From Octopus sinensis (lineage: Eukaryota): 64,000 nucleotides of DNA. Positions within the stretch are counted from its first letter, which is position 1. Each line of letters begins with the position of its first letter. The position numbers and the translations under genes are program-made. The stretch spans positions 47,616,001 through 47,680,000 of the forward strand of contig NC_042998.1 of NCBI RefSeq assembly GCF_006345805.1, read 5' to 3'. Below the pieces are notes generated by a model, which saw only the letters and a list, made by a program, of their open reading frames with translations, had not been told where the DNA came from and did no database searches. Below, in pieces: positions 13,092 through 25,681 of this stretch.

Positions 13092-13194
13092 CGAATTTTG
13101 TCCTTGCGTACCAATTGTTATTTCCTATTTGCTTACCTCTAAATGTATGAAAAATGGCTAATATTTCTTTCAAACTTTGCTTTTGCTACATTTA

Positions 13195-13362
13195 TCAAAT
13201 CTCAAAGAATCTCTCTCAACACATGGCTATGATGTTCTCTCACTACTCCTGGTCGTGATCAGAGTTGCATATATCGTCAGCCATTAAGGGACATACTCAA
13301 ATGGTTAAGGAGAAGCATTTGCCAAGCAAATTTGTGTTATTGAGCAGAATATTTGCTATAGC
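13195..13362 (-). mobile_element. Diverged partial copy of the 45124-45679 element
   Basis: Reverse-complement match to ~45225-45390 (GCTACAGCAAATATTCTGCTCAATA...CATAGCCATGTGTTGAGAG). Confidence 0.8.
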
Positions 13363-13639
13363 GATATTTCTGCTTCAGTAATTCAGCGCTGAATCTGTTT
13401 AAAATGTAATAGAAAATAGGTCTGAAAGGAACAGCAGTAATTTCCTTTGAGTTCTAGATAGAAACCAAATAGGAAATAGCACTTACTGACGAAAGACAAA
13501 GCAAAAATATTGGTTACATGGTGTAATCAGTATAAATTTCTGTTACTACGATGAATATTTTTGTTGAAAAGTCAGTACTGACGTCTTCCCCACTGCTTAC
13601 GATTTTCTCAAAATTAACGATCTTTTTTTAAATACATTT

Positions 13640-13945
13640 GCCAATACAGACCACTACTAGTTACCCCAAACACTACGTTTTTTTATTCACTATAAAGACC
13701 ACATTCTATATGTTAATCACAGTATTCTTTATTAATTCACATAACTTGTTCACTACGTTTGGTTTTGTAACTTCAGAATTGTTGTTTACAAGTTTGCAAT
13801 CGGTTACTCGCTGCATTTCTTTGCATTTCTGATAGCGAAATGCATCTCAATGAAGTTCCTTCAAAGACCACCATGTTTTCATCGATATTTACATCCTTCG
13901 CCGGTATAAGTTGGCCAAGGATGTAACACTCAGAATAGGATTCAT
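13640..13945 (-). pseudogene. piggyBac-like transposase remnant
   Basis: ..ECYILGQ..KDVNIDENMVVFEG resembles the piggyBac (L/V)xIDESMVxFxG catalytic-D motif; the rest is frame-disrupted. Confidence 0.5.
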
Positions 13946-14077
13946 ACAAATTTTTTTCTACCAAATTCCATTGGCACAGGATTGACTAACCCCCTAGACT
14001 ATAGTAAAAGTCATGTGCCCAATTGAACTCAGAAGAAGGCGGTTCTAAATTCTGTAATAAATATTCCACGGTTGCAA

Positions 14078-14392
14078 GGCGGCGAGCTGGTAGAAACGTT
14101 AGCACGTCCGGCGAAATGCTTAGCGGTATTTCCTCTGCCGTTACGTTCTGAGTTCAAATTCCGCCGAGGTCGACTTTGCCTTTCATACTTTCGGGGTCGA
14201 TAAATTAAGTACCAGTTACACACTGGGGTCGATATAATCGACTTAATCCGTATGTCTGTCCTTGTTTGTCCTCTCTGTGTTTATCCCCTTGTGGGTAGTA
14301 AAGAAATAAGTATTTCGTCTGTTTTTACGTTCTGAGTTCAAATTCCGCCGAGGTCGACTATGCCTTTCATCCTTTCAGGGGCGATAAATTAT
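14078..14392 (+). mobile_element. SINE family B with tail type 1, followed by a partial second body
   Basis: GGCGGCGAGCTGGTAGAAACG...GAGTTCAAATTCC...GGGGTCGATAAATTAAGTACCAG...CCCCTTGTGGGTAGTAAAGAAATA, then the body restarts at GTATTTCGTCTG. Confidence 0.9.
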
Positions 14393-16130
14393 TAACAAAA
14401 CCTAAAGATATTGTTGGGAGATGGAAAGAACATTTTGATGAGTTGCTCAAGAGACTCACTGAAGCTGACCTCTCTCTTCTTGATAATTTACTTGAGAGAC
14501 CAGCAAAACATTTTTTAGCAGAGGTTCCAAACCTGGCGAAAACAAAAACGGTAATCAGGGAACTGAACGATGGAAGGCCCATGGTATGGATGGACTAGGT
14601 GCAGGGATATATAAATATGGTGGTGATAATTTCTGTACAATGTTGACGGACGTGATTCTGAGGGTTTGACATAGTGAAGAGGTTTCTCCGGATTGGCATG
14701 TTGCGACTATGGAGATACTATATAAATCGAACTGTGTTAATTATTGCGGCATCTGTCTGTTAGCTGTTGCTGGAAAAGTTCTTTGTAGGTTAATGCTGGA
14801 CAGATTGCTTCTGCGCATTGCTGATGAGGTTCTCCCAGAATCGCAATGTGGGTTTAAGGATAGTATGAGTTCTATGGATATGACATTTTCAGCTAGACGA
14901 TTGCAAGAGAAGTGCATCAAACAGGATATGGACTTATATTAGGTTTTCATAGATCTAACGATTTTTTCAATAGGGCTGCACTTTGGGAGATCCTTAAAAA
15001 ACTAAGATGCCCTAAAACATTTGTGAGAATGCTTAGACAGTTTCATGACAAGATGGAAATGAGAGTTAATGTTGGAGGTACCTTATCAGATCCAATTCCT
15101 GTAAAAAAAATGGTGAAAACAAGGTGATATTCCTGATCCTACATTGCTTGCTATGTATTTTGCAACAGTCTTTCAAATAACATTGAAAGATTGCACTGAA
15201 ATGGTCTATATAAGATACAGGACAACGGGAAAACTTCCGTCTCAAAAGACTCTAAGCCAAAACAAAAGTTCTGCATTCTCACATCATTGAATTCCTGTAT
15301 GCAGATGATTGTGACTTGTTGGCACATTCCCAGAAAGATATGTAGCGCATGTTGAATGCGATTTCTGCAGCATGTACAGCATTGAGTCTAACGATCAATC
15401 TGAAAAAACTGTTATAATGTACCAGCCTGCTCCCTCCAAGATATATGTGGAACCTTTTATAACTGTGAATGGTCAAAGGTTGAAGATTTATTTATTTAGG
15501 AAGTACCTTGAGCACTGTTGGCCTTGATAACATTTCATATAGAATCAGCAGGGCTAGTAGTGCTTTTGGTAGGCTTGATAGGCGTCTGTGGACACGACAT
15601 AATATATCTTCATAAATTAAAGTTAAGGTATATAACACATGCGTCCTGCCATCTTTGCTATATGTGAGTGAGGTAAGAGTTATTTACCGAAGGCATGTAA
15701 GGCGACTGGAACGATACTATCAATACTGTCTGAGAAAAATATGGGGGATAAACTAGAAAAGGCCATTTGATGTTTGAGAAGAGTGGCAGTAAAAGTATAG
15801 AGTCAATGATTCTGCAAAGACGTTTGAGGTGGGAGGGGACATTTGGTAAGGATATGTGATGAAAGACTGCCCAAGCAGCTGTTGTATGGTGAGCTAGAAG
15901 ATAGCGGGAGATCAGTGCATAAGCCTGAAGTAAGGTTTAAGGATTGCCTTAAAAAGTTCTCTAATACAAACAGGAATTGCAGTTGATGATTGGGAGATGG
16001 AGGCACAAGACCGGAATGGATGAAGGAAGACAGTGCGTAGTGGTTGTTTGGGGTTTGAGAGGGACACAGTGAAACATGACAGAATTAGGAGGAGGAGGCT
16101 TAGAAGGAGGGACAGAAGATGGAGGGCATG
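14393..16130 (+). mobile_element. RTE-clade LINE, degraded reverse transcriptase region
   Basis: RWKEHFDELL; GICLLAVAGKVLCRLMLDRL; LPESQCGF; YADDCDL; RLPKQLLYGEL; many stops and frameshifts. Confidence 0.92.
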
Positions 16131-16224
16131 AGAATTTTTATTCGATCAAGTCGAATCCTCCGTGTGTTCACTTGGACCTCCTAACGATAAAGTAAACTTC
16201 ATTTAATCAAGATACTTTTGACCT

Positions 16225-16340
16225 AAAGAGCAGACTGCGGTATACACCTCACTTGCATACTTCCCACTTCCGAAGTTCCGCTCCTATAGAATATATGAAA
16301 CCCGGATTTTATCTTCTCCATTCCTTAACTCTTCGATTTT
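16225..16340. repeat. Unclassified interspersed repeat; inverted homologue at ~47420-47530
   Basis: GGTATACACCTCACTTG...CCACTTC.GA.GTTCC.CTC...CCCGGATTT matches the reverse complement of 47420-47530. Confidence 0.65.
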
Positions 16341-16570
16341 TATTCGCATACCTGCCAATCCTGACTGCCAACAGTGAAATATAAAGTAATTTTTTCAGTT
16401 TATCACACTTCGATACGAGAAAAATCGACAAACATCCGCCCCAATAAAGCACTATTGCTTCTGAATGTTGTTTTTATATTTTCTACGGATTGCTTGGTCC
16501 TTGGATCTTACATTTATCTACCTATCTATTTATCTGTCTATCTATCTATCTATTTACCTATCTTTCTATT

Positions 16571-16646
<76 letters not shown>

Positions 16647-16660
16647 TATATATATGTATA

Positions 16661-16729
<69 letters not shown>

Positions 16730-17565
16730 TGTATGTATGTATGCATGTATTTATGTATACATACACATACATACATGTATACATTCGTGCATACATACAC
16801 ATAGAATAATTATTTACTTTTCTAATATGTAACCAACATTCAGATGCGTAGAGTATATGGGTAAGAAAATAAAATTGTGCATGGCACATGGCTCATCATT
16901 AGGCGAGTTCCATTATTGAAAAAATTTCAAGCTATTTCATGGCTGCTGTAAAGTATAATCCAGTTCTCTACAGTTTGCACCGCTCCACTGACTTGTTCAA
17001 CAGCAATAGTCACTGTTACTAATCATGAAATATGCTGTACCGCTATAAACAGAAGAGGTACCAAAGGGAATATAATGAAGACATCACTTTTTCAGCAAAT
17101 ATTTCCTCTACACTACTCTGTAACTGTGTCTAAGTTTCTTAACCAGAAATTTCCCTAACAGTGTTAGGTCTATGTTCGTTTATTGAATAGCCCTTAATAA
17201 ACATCAGCCTTCACCCTAATTGATGTCTTGTTTAGGAACGTTATCGAAAATAAAATATTTTTAAACCACATTGTTGATAGCATAACTCGATTCATAAGGA
17301 AAACGAACCCAAAAAGTTGGTGATAATAAAATAAATCTGTCCTAAAGTGAACTTGATAATTGAAACCAAACTTGTGTATAAAAACTGGAGATTGGCAATT
17401 CAACTTAAGAGATTGTACTTAATTCCCATATTTAATTGTTATAAGTACCTTATCCTTAGTGTAACTTGAAGCAATTGTGGCAATCATATCTTCATAATCA
17501 TCTGCAGGGTTTTCCCACAAAAACTGTATTCGTACACTAGCACCACTCCATATCTCTTGACTTCA

Positions 17566-17605
<40 letters not shown>

Positions 17606-17608
<3 letters not shown>

Positions 17609-17779
17609 GGCGTAGACCTGGCTGTGAGGTAAGTAACTTGCTTACCATCCACATGCACATGGTTCCAGGTTCAGTCCCACTGCGTGGAACCTTGGGAAAG
17701 TGTCTTCAACTATAGCATCGGGCCGACCAAAGAGATTTGGTAGGCGGAAACTGAAAGAAGTCCGTCGTATATACATATG

Positions 17780-17820
<41 letters not shown>

Positions 17821-18040
17821 TGTGTCTGTTTGTCCCCCACCCCACCCCCCGAAACCATCGCTTGACAACCGATGTTGGTGTGTTTACGTCCCCGTAACTT
17901 AGCAGTTCGGCAAAAGTGACCGATAGAATAAGTGCTAAGCTTACAAAGAATAAGCCCTGGGGTCGATTTGTTCGACTACAGGCGGTGATCCAGCATGGCC
18001 TCAGCCAGATGACTGAAACAAGTAAAAGAATAAAAGAATA
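17606..18040 (+). mobile_element. SINE family A, full length
   Basis: GGCGTAGACCTGGCTGTGAGG...GGTTCAGTCCC head, (TG)n centre, tail ...GACTGAAACAAGTAAAAGAATAAAAGAATA. Confidence 0.9.
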
Positions 18041-18044
18041 TATG

Positions 18045-18075
<31 letters not shown>

Positions 18076-18669
18076 TATACATATACTGTCTTTTCTGACC
18101 TAGCTTCCCCCGAATGTAGACGGCATTTTCTGTGGCTCCTTCGCCGTTCTCAAAAATAGCGTTCGTAATATTTTATCTCGTTCGGCTTAACAGCCCTTCT
18201 TGTCTGTGTTACTGTTATTCTGCTTGTCCTGTCTTTTACTGTTTATATTTTGTACTGTCTTTACTGTCCTGTTTTTGTTACCATTTTTACCCCTCCGTAA
18301 AAAAAATCTCAAATTTTATTTAATTTGCTTTTTGCGGGAAGGAATGTTTCAGCCGAAGTCGCGTCTCGCCTTCACCTTCGAAACGCGGAGTAGATGAAAC
18401 CATGGCGACTGAAGAAGGGGAATTTTCCTTGTGTTATTTGTCCTGTACTCTATTTTTTCGTTGTTTAAGAAAAAAATGTCCAGTTCCTTGGTTTTGTGTT
18501 TATGTTTTCGTTTCTCATTGTGTTCGACGTTTTTTGGTGTCCTGTACTCATATATGCATGTATATATACATGTAGATGTAGGTACGTACATATACGTATG
18601 TATATGTTTTATTTACTAATTTGTTATTACACGACAGAACGCACGCATCCCTTCTAAGTAAGTTTGTTC

Positions 18670-18723
<54 letters not shown>

Positions 18724-18817
18724 ATTATTATTATTATTATTATTATTGTAATGTTAAATTATTATTACGAGTTTTGTTATTTGTTGGGTTTTTTTTTGCC
18801 TATTCAACGTTGACTCC

Positions 18818-19878
18818 CTAGCAAGAAATAAGGCTCCGGGAAAAGACGGCATCCCCTCAGAGATCATCAAAGCCGGCAAAAACACCATCCTGCTTCGGCA
18901 CCTTCATGAGCTTCTGTATCAGTGCTGGGAAGAGGGTACAGTCCCTCAGGATATGCGGGATATGCTATCAGCCTTAAGAAGACCAACATCATGGGCTAGG
19001 CTACATCGGACATCCCAAACATACATATTGGAGACCACAGATTACAAGAGGTGGAGAAGTTTACCTATCTGGGCTCTACCGTCACCTACAACCTATCCCT
19101 TGACGCTGAGCTCAATATACGCATTGGCAAGGCAGCTGCTGCGATGGCCCAACTCTCCAAACGGGCTTGGGACAACAATAAGATGACCAAGACCACGAAA
19201 ATGAAGATCTACCAGGCATGTGTACTCAGCACTCTACTGTATGGAAGCGAGACCTGGACGCTATACACACGCCAAGAGCGTCGCCTAAACATCTTTCACC
19301 TGCGCTGCCTCCGAAAAATCCTCCGCATCAAATGGCAGAATCATATCCCCAACAAAGATGTCCTCAGGCAAGCAGGAATACCAAGCATGTTTGCACTCCT
19401 CACACAAAGACGTATGAGATGGCTTGGGCATGTTAGCCGTATGAAAGATGGCAGAATCCCCAAGGACATACTCTACGGAGAGCTTGCTAGGGGTACTAGG
19501 TCTGTGGGTAGACCGATCTTACGTTACGGGGATGTTTGCAAAATGGATATGAAGGCCTGCAACATCAATATTAGCGGTTGGGAGGCAGTCGCCGGCAACC
19601 GTGGAGAATGGCGACGTACAGTAAAAGAGGGAATACAAAAGAGTGACAGAGAGAGAGAGGAGAAATGGAAAGAAAAGACTATGGCACTACAACCAGCCAG
19701 GAACAGTCTTCGCTACATTTGCGGTACCTGCCAGAGGGAGTGTTTGTCCAGGATAGGACTACACAGCCACAGCAGGAAATGTATCAGGACATGAAATATA
19801 AAAGCCGGACTAGACTACAAAAAAAAAAATGCGCAACTCCATTGTCTCCCGAGACAGAAAGGATGCCAATACAATCCA
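18818..19878 (+). mobile_element. RTE (BovB-like) LINE, 5'-truncated, RT core deleted, intact C-terminus and 3' end
   Basis: KAPGKDGIPSE..CWEEGTVPQDMRD joined to ISLKKT; ORF 19051-19794 FTYLGS..LLYGSETW..RIPKDILYGEL..CGTCQRECLSRIGLHSH; 3' stem-loop GTCTCCCGAGAC, then (TAT)n. Confidence 0.95.
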
Positions 19879-19944
<66 letters not shown>

Positions 19945-20078
19945 GAATTTGAAAATAGAGAGATCTAATGGATACAAATTAATTAACATATTCCCCTACA
20001 TTTTTTTTCATTTCTCAACCAAACTTAAAACTATATAAATATATCAATTTGCAATTTAAAATACCTTGGATGGAAAAC

Positions 20079-20199
20079 CATCAGGGTGCACAATGGATAT
20101 ACAAGGATTACGTTATGATCCGTTGGAATATTCAGAATGTTCTGAATATTCCAACGGATCATAATGTAATCCTTGTATTATCCATTGTGCACCCTGATG
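20079..20199. repeat. ~120-bp near-perfect palindrome
   Basis: CATCAGGGTGCACAATGGAT...TTCAGAA-TG-TTCTGAA...ATCCATTGTGCACCCTGATG. Confidence 0.92.
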
Positions 20200-20349
20200 A
20201 TTGTACACATAGTGAAATCTGTTTACTGATCAATACAGAAGCATTTAAATAAAGATAATAAATATAGAGAAATTATTAATTCTATTGATAATTTACGATA
20301 TTTTATATAATATATTCATTGAAGAAATATCTCTTCAAAATACAATATA

Positions 20350-20863
20350 TCAGGTCGTCAAGTATGAAATTTGTAGTAAGTATATGGTAAACTTTGACAG
20401 TTGCTCATTTTGCGCCATTATTATATTTTCACAATATTTTTTTTTTGTTAGAAAGCTGACACACCTATTTCTTTATTCTAACTCATTTTGTGCTTTATAA
20501 AGTATTTACAAATCATTTTTTGCTATTTTTGTTGGATAAGATGGATAAGTCGGAAATTCGTACAGTTTTGAAATACGAGTTCTTTCTTGGAAATACAGCA
20601 TCACAGCCAGCTCGGAATATTAATGGCGTATTTCCTTCTAATGTCATTACACAGCAGACATTATCAAATTATTTTGCAAAATTTCGTTCGAGTAACTTTG
20701 ACCTCAAAAATAAGCAACGCAGTAGACCAGAAACAAAGGTGAATAATGACGAACTGAAAGCCACCGTCGAGTTAGATCCATCTCAAACTCCCCATGAGTT
20801 ATTGTTGTTGTTTGGTGTTAGCAAGCAAACAATATCGATTCACCAAGGTCAAATTGGCAAAAT
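20350..20863 (+). mobile_element. Mariner transposon 5' fragment (ITR plus transposase N-terminal HTH region)
   Basis: TA|TCAGGTCGTCAAGTATGAAAT resembles the Mos1-type ITR; MDKSEIRTVLKYEF..ARNINGVF..FAKFRS.NFDL..RSRP..LKATVELDP from 20541; cut off by SINE B. Confidence 0.88.
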
Positions 20864-20997
20864 AGCCTTTCATCCTTTCGGGGTCGATAAATCAAGTACC
20901 AGTTACGCACTGGGGTCGATATAATCGACTTAATCCGTTTGTCTGTCCTTGTTTGTCCCCTCTGTGTTTAGCCCCTTGTGGGTAGTAAAGAAATAGG
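20864..20997 (+). mobile_element. SINE family B, 5'-truncated, tail type 1
   Basis: GCCTTTCATCCTTTCGGGGTCGATAAA...GCCCCTTGTGGGTAGTAAAGAAATA. Confidence 0.9.
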
Positions 20998-21642
20998 TAA
21001 TTAACTCGTTGGGCAACTGAACTACAAGGATTTTTTCATTTTCCAGCGGGGTTGCATTTTCTGGAGTGTCTTTTAATATATTTTCTATTAGCATTACTCC
21101 CCATATGCAATGCACATGTTGTCGCCCTCTCAGTGCCGCCATTACCTTGTTCAACACAAACTGTGTAAACTATCGTTTGAAGAAGTACGAAACAACAAAT
21201 CATCCGTGTTTCAACTTAATGTGTTATAACGGCCATTTCTTGTATAAAATAAACAAATTTAAACTGACATCATTTATCATATGATCTCCTGGAAGATTTC
21301 CCAAGAGGGGATTCAAGATCGGTTTTTGAACGGTATTTTTTTAACCTTGTATTTAACCCATTTCTTTCTGTACTGATTCGATTTAGCTTTAATACGATCT
21401 TGGTGTAAACTTTTGAGCTTCTATTCAATTGGAAAAGTTTTCCCTGAGGGAAGTGGAAATGATATTTTCCTCTCCTTTTTTTTTTTCATTGTAGAAGCTT
21501 GATGATAGATTCCTAATAAAAAAAATAATGTCCCCTACTGTACTTCCGGGCCTTTCATTCTATCAAAGTTCGGTATCATAAGATGAAGATTTATATTTAG
21601 TCTAAGTTTACTACCGCTGTTGTTGTTGTTACTATATTATCA

Positions 21643-21716
<74 letters not shown>

Positions 21717-21718
21717 GA

Positions 21719-21930
21719 AGGCGGCGAGCAGGTAGAATCGTTAGCACGCCGGGTAAAGTGCTTAGTGGCATTTTGACCGTCTTTGCATTCTGTAGTCAGA
21801 TGCCACCAAGGTCGACTTTGCCTTTCATCCTTTTGGAGTCGATAAAATAAGTACCAGTGAAACACCGGGCTTGATGTAATCGGCGAATCCCCTTCCCCAA
21901 AATTTCGGGCTTTATAGCATAGTAGAAAGG

Positions 21931-21992
<62 letters not shown>

Positions 21993-22190
21993 TATTGAAG
22001 GCCAAATCGTTAGCACGCCAGACGAAATGCTTAGGGATATTTCGCCTGTCGCTACGTTCTAAGTTTGAATTCATCCTTTCGGGGTTTCGGTGTCGATAAG
22101 ATAAGTACCAGTTGAACACCGGGGTCGATGTAATCGACTATCCCACTCACCCAAAATTTCAGGCCTTATACCTATAATAGAAAGGATTAT
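21719..22190 (+). mobile_element. Two SINE family B copies (tail type 2) embedded in (ATT)n
   Basis: 21719-21932 and ~22000-22190, each ending AGAAAGGATT followed by trinucleotide repeats. Confidence 0.85.
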
Positions 22191-22222
22191 CATCATCATC
22201 ATCATAATTATTATTATTATTA

Positions 22223-22258
<36 letters not shown>

Positions 22259-22273
22259 TACTACTACTACTAC

Positions 22274-22324
<51 letters not shown>

Positions 22325-22360
22325 TACTACTATTACTACTATTATCATTATTATTATTAC

Positions 22361-22396
<36 letters not shown>

Positions 22397-22551
22397 GATT
22401 ATTATTGCTACTATTATTATTATTATTATCATCATTATTATCATTAATGTTATTATTATTATTATTACTATTATTATTATTATTATCAATATTACTATTA
22501 TTATTGTTATTATTATAATTGTTATTATTATTGTTGTTGTTATTATTATTA

Positions 22552-22600
<49 letters not shown>

Positions 22601-22705
22601 CACCGTCGTCTTCGTCGTAATCATGAACATCGTCAACGTTGTCATCATCTTCAGCATAGCCATCATCATCATCATCATCATCATCGTTATCCTATAATTA
22701 TAATT
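22186..22705. repeat. Long (ATT/ACT/ATC)n microsatellite
   Basis: Directly visible. Confidence 0.95.
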
Positions 22706-23244
22706 CCTGTTCCATGCATGTTCTTTAGACTTTGTGTCAATAAAAAAAAAATGTGAGCTCATCTTTTGTTTTAAAATAAACTATCCTTGTTGTTTTAGAG
22801 GAAGTTGAGACGTGCAGACAAGTTTAAGGTGTTGTGGGGACAGGATCACAGTAATTACAAAACTTGTGTCAACAAACTCTGAGCCTGAACTCAAATAATA
22901 AATAGATATTTGCGTTACATTTCTTTCTTATTTTATTTTTAAATAATGATCATGATGAGAATGTTATATGATGAAGCTAAAGATGAATGCGACGATGTTT
23001 AAACCGTTTGACTTAACCTGATACATTTCTATGCTTCTCTGCTTTTCTGTTATCTTTTATATATATTTATATTATATATTTTATTGCTTTCTCCTTAGTG
23101 CTCTAATTCAAAAACACTTTGCTTGACAAGACCAACAATCAAAGTGATTTGATCTTCCTGAATCTCCCAACTGATCTTGGTTTACGGTTACTACACCACA
23201 AAGGAATTGTTTTTCATTATTATTTTGATAAATCGTATATGTGT

Positions 23245-23245
<1 letters not shown>

Positions 23246-23320
<75 letters not shown>

Positions 23321-23350
23321 GTAGGTAGGTAGATAGATAGATAGATAGAG

Positions 23351-23400
<50 letters not shown>

Positions 23401-23437
23401 GTAGGTAGGTAGGTAGGTAGGTAGGTAGGTAGCTAGC

Positions 23438-23490
<53 letters not shown>
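23246..23490. repeat. (GATA/GGTA)n microsatellite
   Basis: Directly visible; resumes at 25067-25097 beyond the LINE. Confidence 0.95.
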
Positions 23491-23491
<1 letters not shown>

Positions 23492-25064
23492 TGTTTCTTT
23501 ATTAGCCACACAGGGCTGCACACAGATAGAACAAATTACAAGGTAGAGCTTTTCTTTTGAAGGTATTAAAAAAAAAAAAAAAAAAAAAGGGAAGGGGGAG
23601 GTTCGATCAAAAGGGATCGTAAAAGGAGAGAAGAGGACAAAAATAGGGGGGTTAAAAAAAAAAAAAAAGGGGGGGGGGAGAGAAAAAAAATGATCAATAG
23701 GGATCGTATCACAGAAATGTCAATATGAAGTGTAAAGGGGAGGACAGGTGAGGTTTACCCGTGGAAAGAAAAGCCTGCGGAAAAGACCACGGTAACCTCG
23801 GTCAATGAAGTCACATTTTATATTTCTTTTTTTTTTTTTTTTTTTTTTTTTTTGCAAATAAGCAACTCTCTGTTTTCGATTTCTGGGTTCATAGGACTAT
23901 GCTCAAGGTGGCTTCGTCATTCATACGTGCCATTCTTGCTACATTCACCCATCTTTTTTTAAAACATTCGCTAGACAAAACTTGCCTCTCTACTCTCACT
24001 TTCCTTTTCAAGTGGTACTTGAAGAAGTTGATGAGAGATTGACCAGAGAGGAAAGTGTTTGTCTCCAATCCTTTCAGACGCGTCACCAGATACATTCTTT
24101 CGCCATAGCCACAAGGATGATGAAAATAGCTCTTCCTTCCCGTTTGAAGGAAGGAGGCGTGACAATATTGACGATAGACTCAGCTGATAAACCGACTCGT
24201 CCCACACGTGACAGCGTTGTTCGACATAAGCCCACAGGTCGGAAATTGTTGGACACTGAACGAGTGCGTGCAGAACGGTTTCGTCGCTCTGACCGCATCT
24301 CGGGCAGGTCGGCCCCGTGTTTCTCGAGCCGTGTCTGTAGAGCTTATCCCGAACGGGTAGCGCTTCTCGGTAGCACTGCCAGGCAGGGATCTCTGGAAGT
24401 TGTCCATGGGCCCTGGCCCGAAGTCGTCCCGAACAGGCGGGTCAGGTACTCCTCGTCGACGTCCAGGTTCGCCCCGAGCTCGTCGTCGTACCTCCCCTCC
24501 ACTAAACCCCTATAGAATGCTTTGGTTGTGTTGAAGTCACTTAAGGTCGACCCAGGACGGCAAAGTTGCTTGAGAGCAACGCGACACTCGCGGTGCCATT
24601 CGCCCTTCCTCGGCCTCTTTTTGATCCACGACTGCAGTTCGGTCATGGAGACGAGCTGCGGGAAAGCGTGCCTCACAAACGGCGACCACACCTGTTCACC
24701 GTCGTCTACATAGAGCCAGAGATGTCGCAGTCTCAGCGCGTGTCTGCGCATCATCAACCACGGCATGCCCAGCCCTCCTTTTAACGGGTGTTGACAGCAA
24801 ATGGATCGCCTGACCATCGGGACGCATCCTTTCCACAAGAAGCGAAAGAGGATGCGTTGTAGTTTGGTGATGGTAGGGTCGGGACAAGGTACGACGGTCA
24901 GGCGGTAGTAGATGACGGACGCGATGTACGTGTTCGCCACCTCCGCTCGACCTTTTAGGGACAGTTTCCTCTCGGCCCATTGCCGGGCGAGAGTGACCAC
25001 CCTACTCGTTATCTCGTTCCAGTTCTTCTCCACTTGGAGGTCCGGACCAAACCAGACCCCGAGC

Positions 25065-25066
<2 letters not shown>
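23491..25066 (-). mobile_element. Tx1/L1-like LINE, 5'-truncated (ORF2 C-terminal part plus ~400-bp 3' UTR)
   Basis: LGVWFG..LSLKGRAEVAN..LFRFLWKG..GGLGMP; CCHC finger CPRCGQSDETVLHALVQC (~24250-24307); stop at 23889; few frameshifts; (GATA)n on both sides. Confidence 0.9.
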
Positions 25067-25098
<32 letters not shown>

Positions 25099-25144
25099 TA
25101 GAGAGAGAGGTATGTATTTATATATTATGTATGTATGTATATAT

Positions 25145-25555
25145 TTATTTCTTTATTGCCCACAAGGGGCTAAACAGAGAGGGGACAAACAAGGACAGAC
25201 AAAGGGATTAAGTCGATTACATCGACCCTAGTGCGTAACTGGTACTTATTTAATCGACCCCGAAAGGTTGAAAGGCAAAGTCGACCTCGGCGGAATTTGA
25301 ACTCAGAACGTAAGTGCAAATGAAATAACTATTTCTTTACTGCTCACAAGGGGCTAAACACAGAGAGGACAAACAAGGACAGACAAAGGGATTAAGTCGA
25401 TTACATCGACCCCAGAGCATAACTGGTACTTATTTAATCTACCCCGAAAGGATGAAAGGCAAAGTCGACCTCGGCAGAATTTGAACTTCGAACGTAAGGG
25501 CAGATGAAATAACGCTAAGTATTCCTCCCGGCGTACAAAAGATTCTGCCAGCTAG
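25145..25555 (-). mobile_element. Tandem dimer of SINE family B (tail type 1)
   Basis: Two copies of TTTCTTTA.TGC.CACAAGGGGCTAAAC...GAAAGGCAAAGTCGACCTCGGC. Confidence 0.9.
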
Positions 25556-25582
25556 CTCCACATATATACATACATACATACA

Positions 25583-25640
<58 letters not shown>

Positions 25641-25681
25641 TGTATGTATGTATGTATGTATGTATGTATGTATGTATGTAT

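Noticed and set aside
18340-18430. CTGAAGA and CGAAAC motifs as a hammerhead
   Set aside because: Could not build consistent stems I-III in any topology
20998-21045. LTRWATEL as the continuation of the mariner WVPHEL motif after the SINE
   Set aside because: Too short, and no catalytic-domain sequence follows
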